A DNA stretch of 62,443 nucleotides, counting the filler, from Choristocarpus tenellus KU-1152 (Eukaryota > Protista > Phaeophyceae): NCBI GenBank assembly GCA_964200185.2. It is 12 parts of 12 records of this genome, joined end to end, with 100 filler letters (N's around TTAATTAATTAA, not from the genome) between each part and the next. Parts side by side here need not be neighbours in the genome. Positions count along the whole stretch, not along the records: positions 18,916 to 26,552 come from CAXNAD020005835.1; positions 26,653 to 30,328 come from CAXNAD020018574.1; positions 30,429 to 34,410 come from CAXNAD020016808.1; positions 34,511 to 37,326 come from CAXNAD020024505.1; positions 37,427 to 41,781 come from CAXNAD020014949.1; 7 more parts are not named here. One strand, 5' to 3'. The notes beneath the pieces were generated by a model. It had not been told where the DNA came from. It searched no databases and saw only the letters and a list, made by a program, of their open reading frames with translations. This document shows, one piece after another, positions 25,321 to 37,796 of this stretch. A program made the translations under genes and the position numbers. Position 1 is the stretch's first letter, and each line of letters begins with the position of its first letter.

Positions 25321-27631
25321 GGTTGAGCTTAATCCGTTGGAGTTTTTGCTTTGGTAGTACAATATTCAACGTTGGATTGGTTTTCCCCTTCGTACTCAAT
25401 CCCCACTCTATGATTGATTCTGTTCATGACTAGTAGTCATGACACTCTCAGATGTCTGACAATGTCTATGACTGCCATCTTTTTTACCAAGCCAACCCCC
25501 ACCCAAATGAGTTCAAAAAGACTAATAATAGTACCATTGCTGCCCAACCCCTCCTGCCCCATCCAATGGTATCCATCCGACTCCGGTTTTTGACCATCTG
25601 TATTTTTTTTTTTTTCGAAACGGTGGGAGATCAGAAACAGCTCCAGCTTGTAAAAAAGAAACAACGTGCTGTCCCAAGTCCTAGGACAAACGCCTTTGCT
25701 CTCCTAGAAAGTGATTCAGGAGAGTCAGAAACAGAGGACAACAACTGCGAGGCATCCTTGGTTTTTCCTCTCCAACCTGCTTCCAGTATGTGGAGCGGAG
25801 GTAGTATTTCAAAGGGTTCAGGGGATGGGGAGTATTCAGGGAGTGTGGGAAGAGGTCATGGGGTGGGTGTTGGCTTGATTCAGGGCGAGCCTGCCGGGTT
25901 ATCTTCAACGGGGTTGTGGGATGGTGATGAAATTGACCCTGCGTTGTGAGAGAGGTAGTGGTAATGGTGGCCAGGGTATTTGGCATCTTGGACAGTAGTT
26001 TCGCTTTTTTTAAAAAAGCCAACAGTGTTTAGAATGATGTGATCACGATTTGTGATGACGTATTTTTTGCAAAATGAAATGTGCGGTTGGATTGGAGCGT
26101 TACCAAAAGTAACATTATTATGTATGTTTTTTTTGCTTGTTTTTGTCTCTTGGCTTGTGGGCACCACCTAGTGGTGAGTTTATCTTGTTCAAGGTGTGGG
26201 GTGCTTAATCAGCAGATGTGTATGTATATATGAGGCTAGGCCAGGTGGTGGACAGGGTGGGGGGAAAACTAAGAGTAGAGTGATTGAGGAAAGAAGTGCA
26301 GGAGCATATTGGACAAAAGGGCAGAAGTATGTATGGCTTTTTCCTTTAAACTTTTTATGGGGGTCCGTTTCTTCACTGCTTTCCCTGCTGGTGGCCCTTT
26401 CCCTGCCTCTCTCAAGGATGTGTTGTGTGGTTTTGTGAATCAAGAGCATTTATGACTGTAAGTTAAATGAATTTGAAAATCTCTCATGTACTCTTTTTTC
26501 GAAGTGTAAGAGCAGTTTAGGAGCTATGCCCCCCCCCCCGCACGGGAAAACCNNNNNNNNNNNNNNNNNNNNNNNNNNNNNNNNNNNNNNNNNNNNTTAA
26601 TTAATTAANNNNNNNNNNNNNNNNNNNNNNNNNNNNNNNNNNNNNNNNNNNNCACTTCCGGGCCAGGGGGGGGGGTGGTGTTGGTCCCCCCCCGCGAAGA
26701 GTGGGGGTGGGGAGGGGGGGGGGGGGGGGGGGACAGTGCCTTCACCTGCCGAACGCCACCGTCTCTCTCGCCAAGGGCACTTGCTTGACCCGCGTGGATG
26801 GCGGCACCTAGCGCAAGGAAAGGGTACTCTGCCCTAACCCTAATGGATGTTCTTTCCCCGGTGAGAGAGTGACCAGATCGCTAGCTCTGGCTCTCTGTTG
26901 GACGATTTAGGTTTCGACAACATCGCCAGCTACCCACTGTTGCATTGTGCGAATTTACTTACTGTTCTCCACAGGAAGATTATTTGGGGGGGTTCATTAT
27001 ATTCGTGCGTCTAGAACGCGTGTGCAGTGCAACCCCTCCCCTTCCCTCCCCCCCAAACACCTGTCCGCCCCATCCCAGAAGAGGAGGTGTCTACGGGTGG
27101 TCTTCACCTCGGGGATTCATGTGCCTGTTTTTTTTTGTTTTTTTTTTACAGCCTAGTTTTGCTCTGACAGCAGGTCCCAATACTTCACGTCTTTGCTTCC
27201 ATCCGCAGGCGCAGCCATTTTTTTTTTAAGAGTTGATTTTGGTGCTTCTTCTTGTTGCATTTTTTTTTTTTGTAGCAATTTTCGTTTTCTTGAGGTTTTT
27301 TTTTTTAGCAAATTTAAATTTTCTAGAGATTTTTGCAGTCATAAAAGACTCTTTTTGGAAGGGGCTATCGTATCAGAAAAGCGTCAATGCGTGGGCGGGG
27401 TGAGATCCCCAAAGTGCAATCGATCCCACTCTTCAATTTTGGACGGTTTGATGATTAGATGCAAATGCAGATACCTCAAATAGATTTCAGTGTGCTCGAT
27501 CGTTTTGGAAAGAAATGGACACGAAAAGTGCGAAGTCTTGTACAATCCCCCCCCCCCCTGCCATGCCATGCCATGTCATGCCATGCCCCTGTGTGTCGTT
27601 CCTGTTGCCTTCCATGTGCTACTCCTGACAG

Positions 27632-28014
27632 GGGGTCTGCCACCATGACCTCAGCCCCGAGAACGTGGTAATATGTTTGAAGCACAACAAGGCAGTAATC
27701 ATGGACATGGGGATGTGCCAAAGAATGGCATCCTGGCGCTTGTGGTGGAGGTGGAGACTCAAAGATCAAACGCCGGATGGACAACCGTTTGGAAAATTAC
27801 CGTGAGTAGGGATCGAAGAGGTCAAAGGAGTGACGGATGATGACAGGATAGGATAGGATAGGATAGGATAGTTCTTTGCATCCTGTGGTTTTGTTGGTTG
27901 GGGGCAATATGTGGTGTTGTGGTGCACAGGTAGGGTGGGCTGGTTCCACTTCCACCCTGGTCAGTTTTTTTTTTCCTTTCCCTCTTTCCCTTTTTGTTGC
28001 GCCATCTGCATTGC

Positions 28015-28045
<31 letters not shown>

Positions 28046-29456
28046 GAGGTTAATTTTGGTTATTATTACATGATCTTGTTTAGGTTTAGGTGTGTGTACT
28101 TGTCAGGATTGCGATGTCCTATTTTTCTAAAAAGATATCAGGCAGGGGGGGGGGGAGGCCTGGGCTCCATTCTGTTTGTTTGTTTGTTTGTTTGTTTGTG
28201 TGGCACGGCATCTTATTGGCTGCTGATTGGCTGCTGATTGGCTGCTGATTGGCATCTGATTGGCTGCTGATTGGCATCTGATTGGCTGCTGATTGGCTGC
28301 TGGCAGTAGGCACCGTATGCGGTAGGTAGTGTGGGCAGGGGAACGATACTAACTGCTGCTGTCTTCTTTTTTTTTAGCAATGGCGTTTAGGGGTATGGAC
28401 AGACCCCTGTCATGCCATTGGATAATGAGGAATTTTATGATGCTAGGTTGTTGCCACTTAGATGCTACTACTGTTTCCTAGCAATATTGGAATTTTTCAA
28501 AGCTCCTGTGCCAACCCACTGACTGAATCTTTTCTCTTTTTTTTCGGGACAAGTTTTTTTTTCTTTCTGGTTGTGTAAATTTTATTTCAGCCCTCGGTTA
28601 ACTGCTTTTCCCAGTAGCGGTGGACCTGTTTGCGGGAGGATCGGCACTTGCTCCCAGCATTTTTTTTTCCTTGCTTGTAGCTTGTTTGTGTATGGCTTAT
28701 AATAAGTTGCTATGTCATAATTTGTGGAGAAATTTCCTGTGGATCTCTACGTTGCTTGTTCAGATGTGTTCCACATGTGGTATATACTCCTAGTATATCC
28801 ATAATATATCTGCACAGTAGACCAAGGGTGAGATTATGCTTGCTGCTGGTGGGGTACGAGTTTCTCAACAGACCTCCCTTCCCCTCCCCCCCCCCCCCCC
28901 TTTTTCTACTTCTATGCTCCAAACAGGGGGTTATGTCTTTACCAATCATAGCCCGAGTACCTATCCCAATGAGCTGTTTGGTTGGTAGAGATGGCAACTA
29001 TTTGGAATAGTGTCAGTCAGTCCTGAGAACAGTTGCAGTGAAGTGTAGGTGAAAAGCTTATTGTTTTTTGAGGTGGTGGCGAGTAAATGCCTAGCGCAGT
29101 TTTTTGACAGTCGAATCGTACAGCACAACGTTGGCTGTAGCGGTGGTTTGCACACCATTGCGTACCTTGAAGACAATCGATTTGTTGGAAGGTTCCTAAT
29201 AAGGTATGGAATTTTCTTTGATGAAACTCAACGCGATTGGATCCTTTGAATTTTGGTGTCCCAGTTGTTGTTGACCTGGGCCGTTCTACTCGTGGTTTGG
29301 TTGTTGTATTGACTGCGGTGAACTTTGAACAGATACATGGCTCCAGAGGTCTTCCAAATGAATAGCTATGATGGGAGGCAAGCTGACCTGTGGTCGTTTG
29401 CAATCATTATTGGAGTGTGCCTGTGCAAGAAATATCTATATGATGCTCCTGTAAGA
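27632..29456 (+). CDS. Partial Ser/Thr protein kinase (subdomains VIb-IX); exons 27632-27801 and 29333-29450/29456
   Basis: GVCHHDLSPENVVI...VIMDMGMCQR...PFGKLP splices in phase 2 to YMAPEVFQMNSYDGRQADLWSFAII. Catalytic loop, DFG-equivalent, APE and DxWS motifs are all present. Confidence 0.9.
28215..28300. repeat. 11-bp tandem array (CTGATTGGCTG/CTGATTGGCAT), 8 units, in the kinase intron
   Basis: ATTGG at 28215, 28226, 28237, 28248, 28259, 28270, 28281 and 28292. Confidence 0.9.
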
Positions 29457-30297
29457 GTGAGCAGACGCCAGCGGTACGTGGAAGGGTATGTATGTCTAAT
29501 GTCTCTTTCCCTCAGAGCCAACATAGAGGTTAAGAAGACGAGTTCACCAGAATGGTTGATGGCTGGGTGGGGTATGGAATTGTACACAAGCTTATTGATA
29601 GATAACCACTATGTACCTATGTAACCTTTTCCAATTCTGGGTTGTAGTCACTGGACCTAAGGCAGAGGGATAGACCTTTGCCTTTAGAGATATATTCTTT
29701 GTTTTTTATTATCTAAGCGACTGCATCGTGTGGATGTCTTCACTTGTGACAAGCATTTTCCTACCTCAGACAACCCAGACTCCTTGCCATAAGAAATGCA
29801 GCCTTTGGTGCTCACATTGGTGGATTATAGTCGATCTGGAGAAGATTTATAGTCTGCTGTTTGGTGTTGTGTGTTGAGGAAAGGAAAAAGCAGCGGGTAG
29901 GTGAACTTGAAATCAGCGCAGAGTGTTGATTGCGGTGGCTGAGTATGCCCTATACGCCATCTGTGCATTCTTTCGCCTAAGTCCTCTTTTTTGTCCAATG
30001 TAATCCCCTATTTATTCACCAGTGGGAAGTGAGTGCAATTGTAGCAATCTCAGTTCTCTCATTTCCCCAACACGACAGTCCTTTTTTTTTCTTTCCTCGT
30101 GCTGCTGATGGTGGTGAGAAGCCTGCCTGCCCAAGGCACCTGTTCGACAGTCAGTCACCACTGTAACTGTCATTAAAACCGCGTAAGATAGATAGCTTTT
30201 TTTTTGCTACTTCCAGTAATGCTCTGGTGTTGGGGAAAAGGTTCCATCCGTATGTCTGCCACGAGAAAGATGCGGATTCCGAAAATATTTGATTTAA

Positions 30298-30488
30298 GAC
30301 CCAAAGTATCTGGGGGGGGGGGGGGGGGNNNNNNNNNNNNNNNNNNNNNNNNNNNNNNNNNNNNNNNNNNNNTTAATTAATTAANNNNNNNNNNNNNNNN
30401 NNNNNNNNNNNNNNNNNNNNNNNNNNNNAGGTCCAGAATGGACACCCTGGTGTAGACCCCCCCCCCCCACCACCAGATACTTCGAGCT
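30298..30488. mobile_element. MITE family A half-copies at contig ends on both sides of a spacer. Similar half-copies at 18916-18930, 34391-34410, 34511-34552, 37427-37468, 46766-46780, 54346-54364, 54465-54489 and 62421-62443
   Basis: GACCCAAAGTATCTG+polyG, or polyC+CAGATACTTYGRGY, at contig termini. Confidence 0.8.
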
Positions 30489-30624
30489 TCTTGTGCCATG
30501 CATTTGACAGTGTAAAATTTGGATATTTTTCTTCCTTATCATCATCATCATCAGCCTGTTCCCAAAATGGAAAAAAAAATCTTGGTGTGTCCTTTTAAAA
30601 AATCTTGGTGTGTCCTTTTTCTTG

Positions 30625-30883
30625 ATATGAAAGTATCTTAGAGGGTACGAGTTTTTCCCTGTTTGTCCATTTGGGGCTTGGCTTCCCTCGGGTTTTTTTA
30701 CGACATTTTCCTAGTCCAAAATATTTCGGAGAAGGTAAAATGTATACGTTATGAAAAGGTGTGTCCGGAACAAGGATATTGACATCTCCTAACAAACAAG
30801 AAAGTCAAAATTACATCAAAATCGCAACATTGGATTTTGGACCCTAAATGGACGCGGGTATACCCTCTAAGATACTTTGGCTC
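30625..30883. mobile_element. MITE family B (~255 bp)
   Basis: Perfect 18-bp TIR AAAGTATCTTAGAGGGTA (30630-30647) / TACCCTCTAAGATACTTT (30861-30878), with subterminal GTCCATTTGG ... CTAAATGGAC. A second copy lies at 42878-43135. Confidence 0.85.
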
Positions 30884-32581
30884 ATAATACATCCAACACC
30901 CTGGAGCTATCCTACAGGATTTCTCTGATGGAGGAGGATGTTCATATGCTGTCCCTCGTGCTCTGTCATACTCCTGGGGTGGTTCAATGCTAGAGCTGAT
31001 GTCCCATACCTTAGCCAACTACCCCCATGAAAATGAAAATTTGGTTGAGATGATACTGCCTTAAAGATCGTGTATCAGATGGCACTGGAAAGAACTTGAA
31101 GGTGATCCAGAATGCACTAAACCAACACTTTTCTTTTTTTATCTTTTCATCAGCGAGACTGTCACCATGGTCTAAAGAAGAATATGGGCAAATGCTGCAT
31201 CTCAAACTGCCAATAGTTGTTCAAAGGAGCAGCCTTTGCCAATGGTTAAGGTGCATCCAAAGACATTAGCAACAGCAACAGCAACTGCACTGGAAGAATG
31301 AGTAAGAGCACCTCAACAGCATGTCTCCAACAAATAGATGTCCCCCTGTTTCACTGGTCAATCGGTTGCCATTATCCAAATCTGTTTCCTGGTTGCCTAC
31401 TCAATAGGACAGTGCCACTGTCCAACTAGTGCTTCAACACTCAGATCGTCACCGGGATAGTAATAATCTGAGCGGCAGTAAGTACTTACTGGAGTTTTAT
31501 TTGTCATAGGTTTGATGAATTTGAAAATTTGCCCAGAAACCACACTACTGAAAATTTATAATTTGCCCACTGAGAGAAGCCAAAATTTATCCAATGGACG
31601 GTTTGGTTGCCATCTCGTAAGTCAAATGTCTGCCTGGGATCCACAATAGTGCACTGATTGAAAGTATTGTCAATGCTGTACCTCCTACTCCGAGGAAAAA
31701 TAATTTTCAGGAGCAAAAAGGTTTCTTTCATCACGTGCTTGATGCTGTAATGATAGGTCAAAGGGAAACGGTGCTAGAAACAGAGTGAAGATCAATATTC
31801 ACAATGCGCTGACTCTCTCATCATTAGCAATATTCACACAGAGGCATAGCCAGGTACAAAAACAGTTTCTGACCCCTCCTGCCTATGAAGCAGCAGCACC
31901 AGTGTCCAATATGAGTTCTTAATGTTGACCATGAAAGTGGTATGGCCGACAGGATTCAAGCAATGATCAAGACTGTAGTATAGAAAACTGTTGTGTCATA
32001 GTTCCAACTGGACCACAGATTACTCTCTTCCCCACGAGACTCCTTAATTGTTTCACCGCCAGCTGGTTATGGAGGATGCATTTATGGCAATGTTTTATAA
32101 TGTACGCCCTCCTCCCAAATAAACTGGAACTGTCAGTACCAATGGACACTTGCTTGCAAATGTTACTATTTTTTAGCAACACTGATTGTAAAAAAAAATG
32201 TATTTCATAGCTTGTTAATTTTATTTTCAAGACTCTCCGCGAAAAAAACTGAACCAAACACCCTCATCTTTGTACCAGCCTACGCAGCAGTCCCTTGTCC
32301 ACAACAGGTTTAAGCTTAAGGTTGAAGGTCCATTCCAATTTTAAGGAATAGTAGTTTCAGAGTTTTAACTTTAGCAACGAAAATATATAGGTGGTCCATT
32401 AGTGCCAGGACCACCTTCAAGAGCAAAGGCCTAGCAATAACATAGGGGTAAAGTTCTGATCAGGATGAACAGGTAGGACTCAAATATCCTGCTCTCGACT
32501 CCACACGCTAGAGAGACCACGTTTAGGGATGGAGGTGTTGTTCTCACCACTAATCTGCAGGGATTTCTGTCAAGGTCTCAC

Positions 32582-33383
32582 CATGTGCAAAGATTCATCA
32601 TCGACAGAAGCTTCAGACAAACACAATGATATTCCTTGTTGATTTCCATTGCCTTCATCTCCCCGTCGACTTTGGGTCCAGGCTACGCGATGGAGTGCCT
32701 CCTTCTCAGTCGTCTCTCCCCCCCTCCCCCCACAAGCTACCTTGTTCTCATAGTCATCGCTCTCTTTTCCCAAGTCTCCACGCTGCCAGGTACTGACCGC
32801 TAATCCTACTAGACGGAGGAGAGTCCGCCGATGACTAACCGTTATCCTTTCTACAGTCTCGTTTGCTGTTGCATGAGTAGATTCTAAGGACGACAGTTGG
32901 ATCAATGCGGCTGCCAGCTCACTCCTCGCTTCAGCGCACCCTCTTGCAGCGGCCGCCCTTGGTTTGGTTTTTTGTTGGTTGTTTTGTGTATGATGTTGTC
33001 ATTGTTTTCATATGGTCAGGATAGATTAAGGGTGTGGAATGTTTGACCGCCCTCAATCACAGGGTTGCGGACACAGCACAAAAAAGGAGACGGGGGAAAG
33101 GGCTGTTTGAAGAATTGCACGTTTCTGGTAAGAACCAAGTTGCTCTTTGAACTGTGCACTTAATAACAATTTGGAACGGTTTGAATTCTATCAGAGCAAA
33201 GCGCCTTTGCTCATCCCAGCTGATTCAACTACTCTTGGACACACAGATACACACACAATTTTCGCAAAATTACTGGCAATTTTTTCTCCCACCTGGCCTC
33301 TCGCAGTGTATTGAGAACCCTCTTGATCATTACAAGGACTTCCCGCCTGGCATCACCCTCAATGCCAAGAGAAGTGAGGGAAG
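32582..33383 (-). CDS. Partial gene of unknown function, helical protein; exons 33383-33293 and 32957-32582
   Basis: A phase-2 join gives SLTSLGIEGDARREVLVMIKRVLNTLREA-R-AAAARGCAEARSELAAALIQLSSLE...DDESLHM|gtgaga. Confidence 0.55.
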
Positions 33384-35274
33384 CTGAAAAATGTCGGATA
33401 CCAAGACGCACAAGAAGGGACTCTCCTTCCTCATCTATCAAGTCAAGCCCCACACAGCAAGGAAGATAAATAGAGGGGGAAAAATTCCTTTGCGTGTGAA
33501 TATGGGGTATCGATTGCACTATCCTGTTGTTTGTGAGTGGAAGGAAGCTTAAGAGTATTAGAATTTTGTAAGAGGCAGCGTTCTAGAAGGAAACAAGCGC
33601 TTTGCGAGGTGTGCCAAGATTGAGGTAAACCTCTTCAAAGTGGATGTGAAAGTGGACAAAAAAAACGCGCTGCTGCTCGCACCTAGCAGAGCACATTTCC
33701 TACCTCGACTCTACTCGTGTTCGGAAAAGGGCTTCAACCTGTGCATGTCCTACTACTTGAGTACAAACACATCCACTTTGACAAGACTAGTTCATTGGGT
33801 ATAGATAGCATCTATGAATCAACATAGAATATTCCAAAGGCACAAGTTGAGGATATTTTAACGTGCAATTGAGAGCTGTATGACAGAGCAAATCCCCCCC
33901 CAACCCACTCACCATACTTCCCTCCCTCCCCCTGAGATGTGTGAATATCCCAGAACCAACTCCCTGCACTGAAGTCGGAGCTGTCTGGGTCCTTGTGCAT
34001 CCTCTTGACAAGAAAGAGAGGGGGCTGGACAAAGGATGGAGTGCAAGATAGGAAGGAGGATTGTGATCAAGGAGGTTGAGACAGACTAAGCTTGCAAAGT
34101 CGATAGTGGTGAGATATGCCTTGCCCAGAACAAAACTGCAAAGAGTCAGATTTCAGTAGTGTCGTGCTTATGTTTCACATGTTTGGAGCACTTTCAGAAA
34201 CGACTGACTAGGCTAGTAGGTTAGATAAAGATATACCCACCTGTTTGGAGTGTTTTTGTGGTCCTGAGTCTACACAATTTGAAAGACCTGGACCTGGACC
34301 TTGACTGATTTAGTCATGTGAGAGCGATGTATATTGCATTTCCTGTGCTCGCAAACATTGGCCTTTGTACTGGTCAAAGTTCACAACAAAGGCCTAAAGT
34401 ATCTGGGGGGNNNNNNNNNNNNNNNNNNNNNNNNNNNNNNNNNNNNNNNNNNNNTTAATTAATTAANNNNNNNNNNNNNNNNNNNNNNNNNNNNNNNNNN
34501 NNNNNNNNNNCCCTGGTGTAGATCCCCCCCCCCCACTCAGATACTTCGGGTCATGTGTGATAGTTGTATATACATTGATCAATTGTCGAGTGTGATAGTG
34601 TGATATTGTTGATTGTTGTTGCTGTGGTTTTTTGTACTGTTGTCTATTGTGTTTGAAACAATACGACCTCTACCGCCCCCCACCTCTTTTTTACTTTTGT
34701 TTATTTTTTTATCCACGCCATTCAACCCTCAACAAACGCCTTACATACCCTTACGAACTACTCTACTATTTGTTACTACTTGAATACCGGCCATATCATC
34801 ATCCAGCACTCCCTTTAAGTTTAGCAAAATTCCCATATTTTGTGTACATTTACTGATATTCCTCTAACCTATCACAACCCAGGAAAGTATTTAAATTTTT
34901 TTTTCATAAGAGTGAGCAATGGACCAGGAAAGTATCCAAAACAAATTATATTTTAAGAATCTGACAGACCCCTTCTCTCCCATCTGCCCACTGTCTCTAG
35001 CTTGAAATCCATGACTCGGGTACAGAGACAAACTTAAGGTATCCATGATAAGGGGCCTCTCCGTATCCTATGTCGGCCCCTCTTTAAGGGTTTATCAAAC
35101 CAGCAAAGGTAACTCCTTTGTGGTAATGGCGTGATCCATTGAGAGATACAGCTCTTCATTAATTTCCTGTGTCTCATTCATTCCGAGAGGATGTGTTATT
35201 TTCTTTTATCATGGAAGTAAATTTAAATTTTGAATCAAAGATAGTCAGAACAAGGATATTTTCCACTTTACATG

Positions 35275-35330
<56 letters not shown>

Positions 35331-36101
35331 TAGTTGTACACACACACGGACATATTCGTCCTGGCTGAGGTGGGTATGAGGTGGGTATGAGGTGTGGTGG
35401 TATAAGGTGGAAAAACTGCCTCCGCATGATTTCTTAGAGGCTTAAGCCCTGTCATCAACGCCATACTTTTTTCCCGGAAACCCGGTATCGATTATCCAGT
35501 TCCGCGTGGTGACCGTAACGGACTGTACTATACTGTACTATACTATACTGTACTGTACTGTACGCCTGTCCATGTACTATCGATTCTGCGTCTATGCCAC
35601 GATAATGAAAACAATAATAATAATAATAGTAATAATAACACCAGGCCAAGACCGAGGCGGAAGCTCGGAGCCGGTTTCAGCGGGGAAGGGGTGTATTCGA
35701 GGGAGGAGAAGGGAGTGATGAGTGGAGTGATGAGTGGAGTGTGATTGGCTAACCGTGTGGGCAAGAGAGAACCAAAAAGAAAGGGGGGAGAGGAACTGAG
35801 GCAGTACATAACTTGGTGAAGTACATAACTTGGTGAAGTACATAACTTGGTGAAAATTAGTGGTAGCGGTAGAGTGGAGTTAGTATAAGTATTAGTCGAG
35901 TCAGTAGTTGGTAGTATGAGGAGTAGTGCACTAGTGTGTAGTGGTAGTATTTAATATTTATTATTTTCTTGCAGTCTCTGTCACATCCACTCCAAATATG
36001 TATATATATATATATATAGATATTTGCGTCTCTATGTCTCCTCAGCATGTGATGACATACAATGCAGTGACCCATCATTTTTTGTCTTTCCCATCTGACA
36101 G

Positions 36102-36266
36102 GTGGAACGCTTGCTGGCCTCTGGAGAGAGCGAGAGAGCTGTCCTGGCTCTGGGGCTGGCCACAGCGCAGGCCAGGGCTACAGAAGCGGAGGCGATGCTA
36201 TGGGAGCGAGAAGAGGAGGCAGCAGACCTGAGACAAACCCTGGCGCTTCGGGAGATGGAGATAAAG
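36102..36266 (+). CDS. Internal exon of a coiled-coil protein
   Basis: tgacag|VERLLASGESERAVLALGLATAQARATEAEAMLWEREEEAADLRQTLALREMEIK|gttgtt; GC-rich, phase 0/0. Confidence 0.6.
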
Positions 36267-37796
36267 GTTGTTGATTGGGTGGATCTTTTGATGGGTATTG
36301 GATTGGGGCTAGAATTAGGGGTAGGGATATAGAGATGACAAAGACTTTCGTGATAATTACTGCGGTACAGAGTAGAGCTTTTAAAAAAAAAAAAAATTGA
36401 CTCCTTTTCCTTGTAAAATTATTCGTGTTCTTTTTTTATTTTAATGACATTTCGGTCTTTAGAATTTTTTAATTATTTTAATGTGGGGTGTATGTAACCC
36501 CCCTCAAAACGAAAATCTGAGTACCCGGTTTGTGTAGGGTATTAAAGTGGTGTCATCATTATTATTATTATTATTATATTTTATTGTTATTGATAATAGA
36601 TACATCTCATTGTGGCTGTCATCCCCCTAATGAATATCGCACCGCTGCCAGCTGTTCAACACGTGTTCACTCTTTTCCCAGAGTAGAATAATTCTGACTT
36701 GGAAGGAAAAAAAAAGAATATATATATATATTTATTTTTTATTTTTGTCGTTTGGAAACAATTGGAGGCGCAGAAATGGGGGTACAAGGGGATTTGGGGG
36801 GGCGGCGTTGGTGATGGTTAGAGATATAGCACCACATGTAACGCCTGGCTATGGCTGTATTTTTAAATGCCATTTAACTTAATTCTGTTCTTTTTTTTAT
36901 ACTCTGTATTCGCTACTTCGTTATTTATTTTTTGTTTTTTTTATGATCGAACTGGAATAAATGGAATTGACGACTCTTTTTTTTGTACATATATACTATA
37001 TATGACATGCTGGGAATGATGTTCTATCGTTTTGGAATACCTTCATTTTTTACTTTAAAAATTCAAATTGAGACTGGTGTGATTTTTTTTTAATGTAGGG
37101 CGGGGTGATGGGTGAGAAAAAGGGCATCCTCATTTTTTTTATATTTTCCCACATTGTTGTAATTAAAGAAATTCGGGTGCTGTACTGACTCACTCCCTTG
37201 TAGTTTCAATAGGTGAGCACTTCTTTTGTTAATAAAAAAAAAAGTTTCAACTTTTTTGTAGATTTTTTTTGTGGGGTGGGGGTGGGGGTGGGGGGGGGGG
37301 GGGGAGGGGGGTGGGGGAGAACCGTGNNNNNNNNNNNNNNNNNNNNNNNNNNNNNNNNNNNNNNNNNNNNTTAATTAATTAANNNNNNNNNNNNNNNNNN
37401 NNNNNNNNNNNNNNNNNNNNNNNNNNAAAAGGACAGCAACCCCCCCCCCCCCCCAGATACTTTGAACCCTCAGCTTTGATGAAAGAGAACGGTTTTTCAG
37501 TGACAGGTAGATAACAATACTGAGAGTGCAGTTGATGCACTTGAAAGGTGGAGGCAGACACACAAGGTGAACGAAGGGATGATATTGATTGTTGTGTAAA
37601 CAAGAATGCTCCCTATTAGAGTATTGTGTAATGCACCCATTGTTGGTGTGCTGCATACCAAATGTACACTTATTTTATCTCCTATGATCATGGTTTGTGA
37701 TCAGAACCTTGTCTGAAAACCTGGTATCTTGCTAAATGCATTTTTTTCACCTTAGTTGGTGTGGTATTATTCTGTCACTACTCAATTCAACACTAG

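Noticed and set aside
30298-30488. Single intact MITE spanning a spacer (also 34391-34552 and 54346-54489)
   Set aside because: The flanking trinucleotides do not match (TAA/TCT, AAA/ATG, AGA/AGG), so the halves come from different contigs
31400-31930. LILDTGAAAS (aspartic-protease-like) and YYYPGDDLSVE (piggyBac-like) words on the - strand
   Set aside because: Isolated short motifs with no supporting neighbouring domains
792-35843. ORFs with poly-I, poly-N, poly-Y, HT or CV runs
   Set aside because: These are translations of (AAT)n, (AT)n and (CA)n microsatellites
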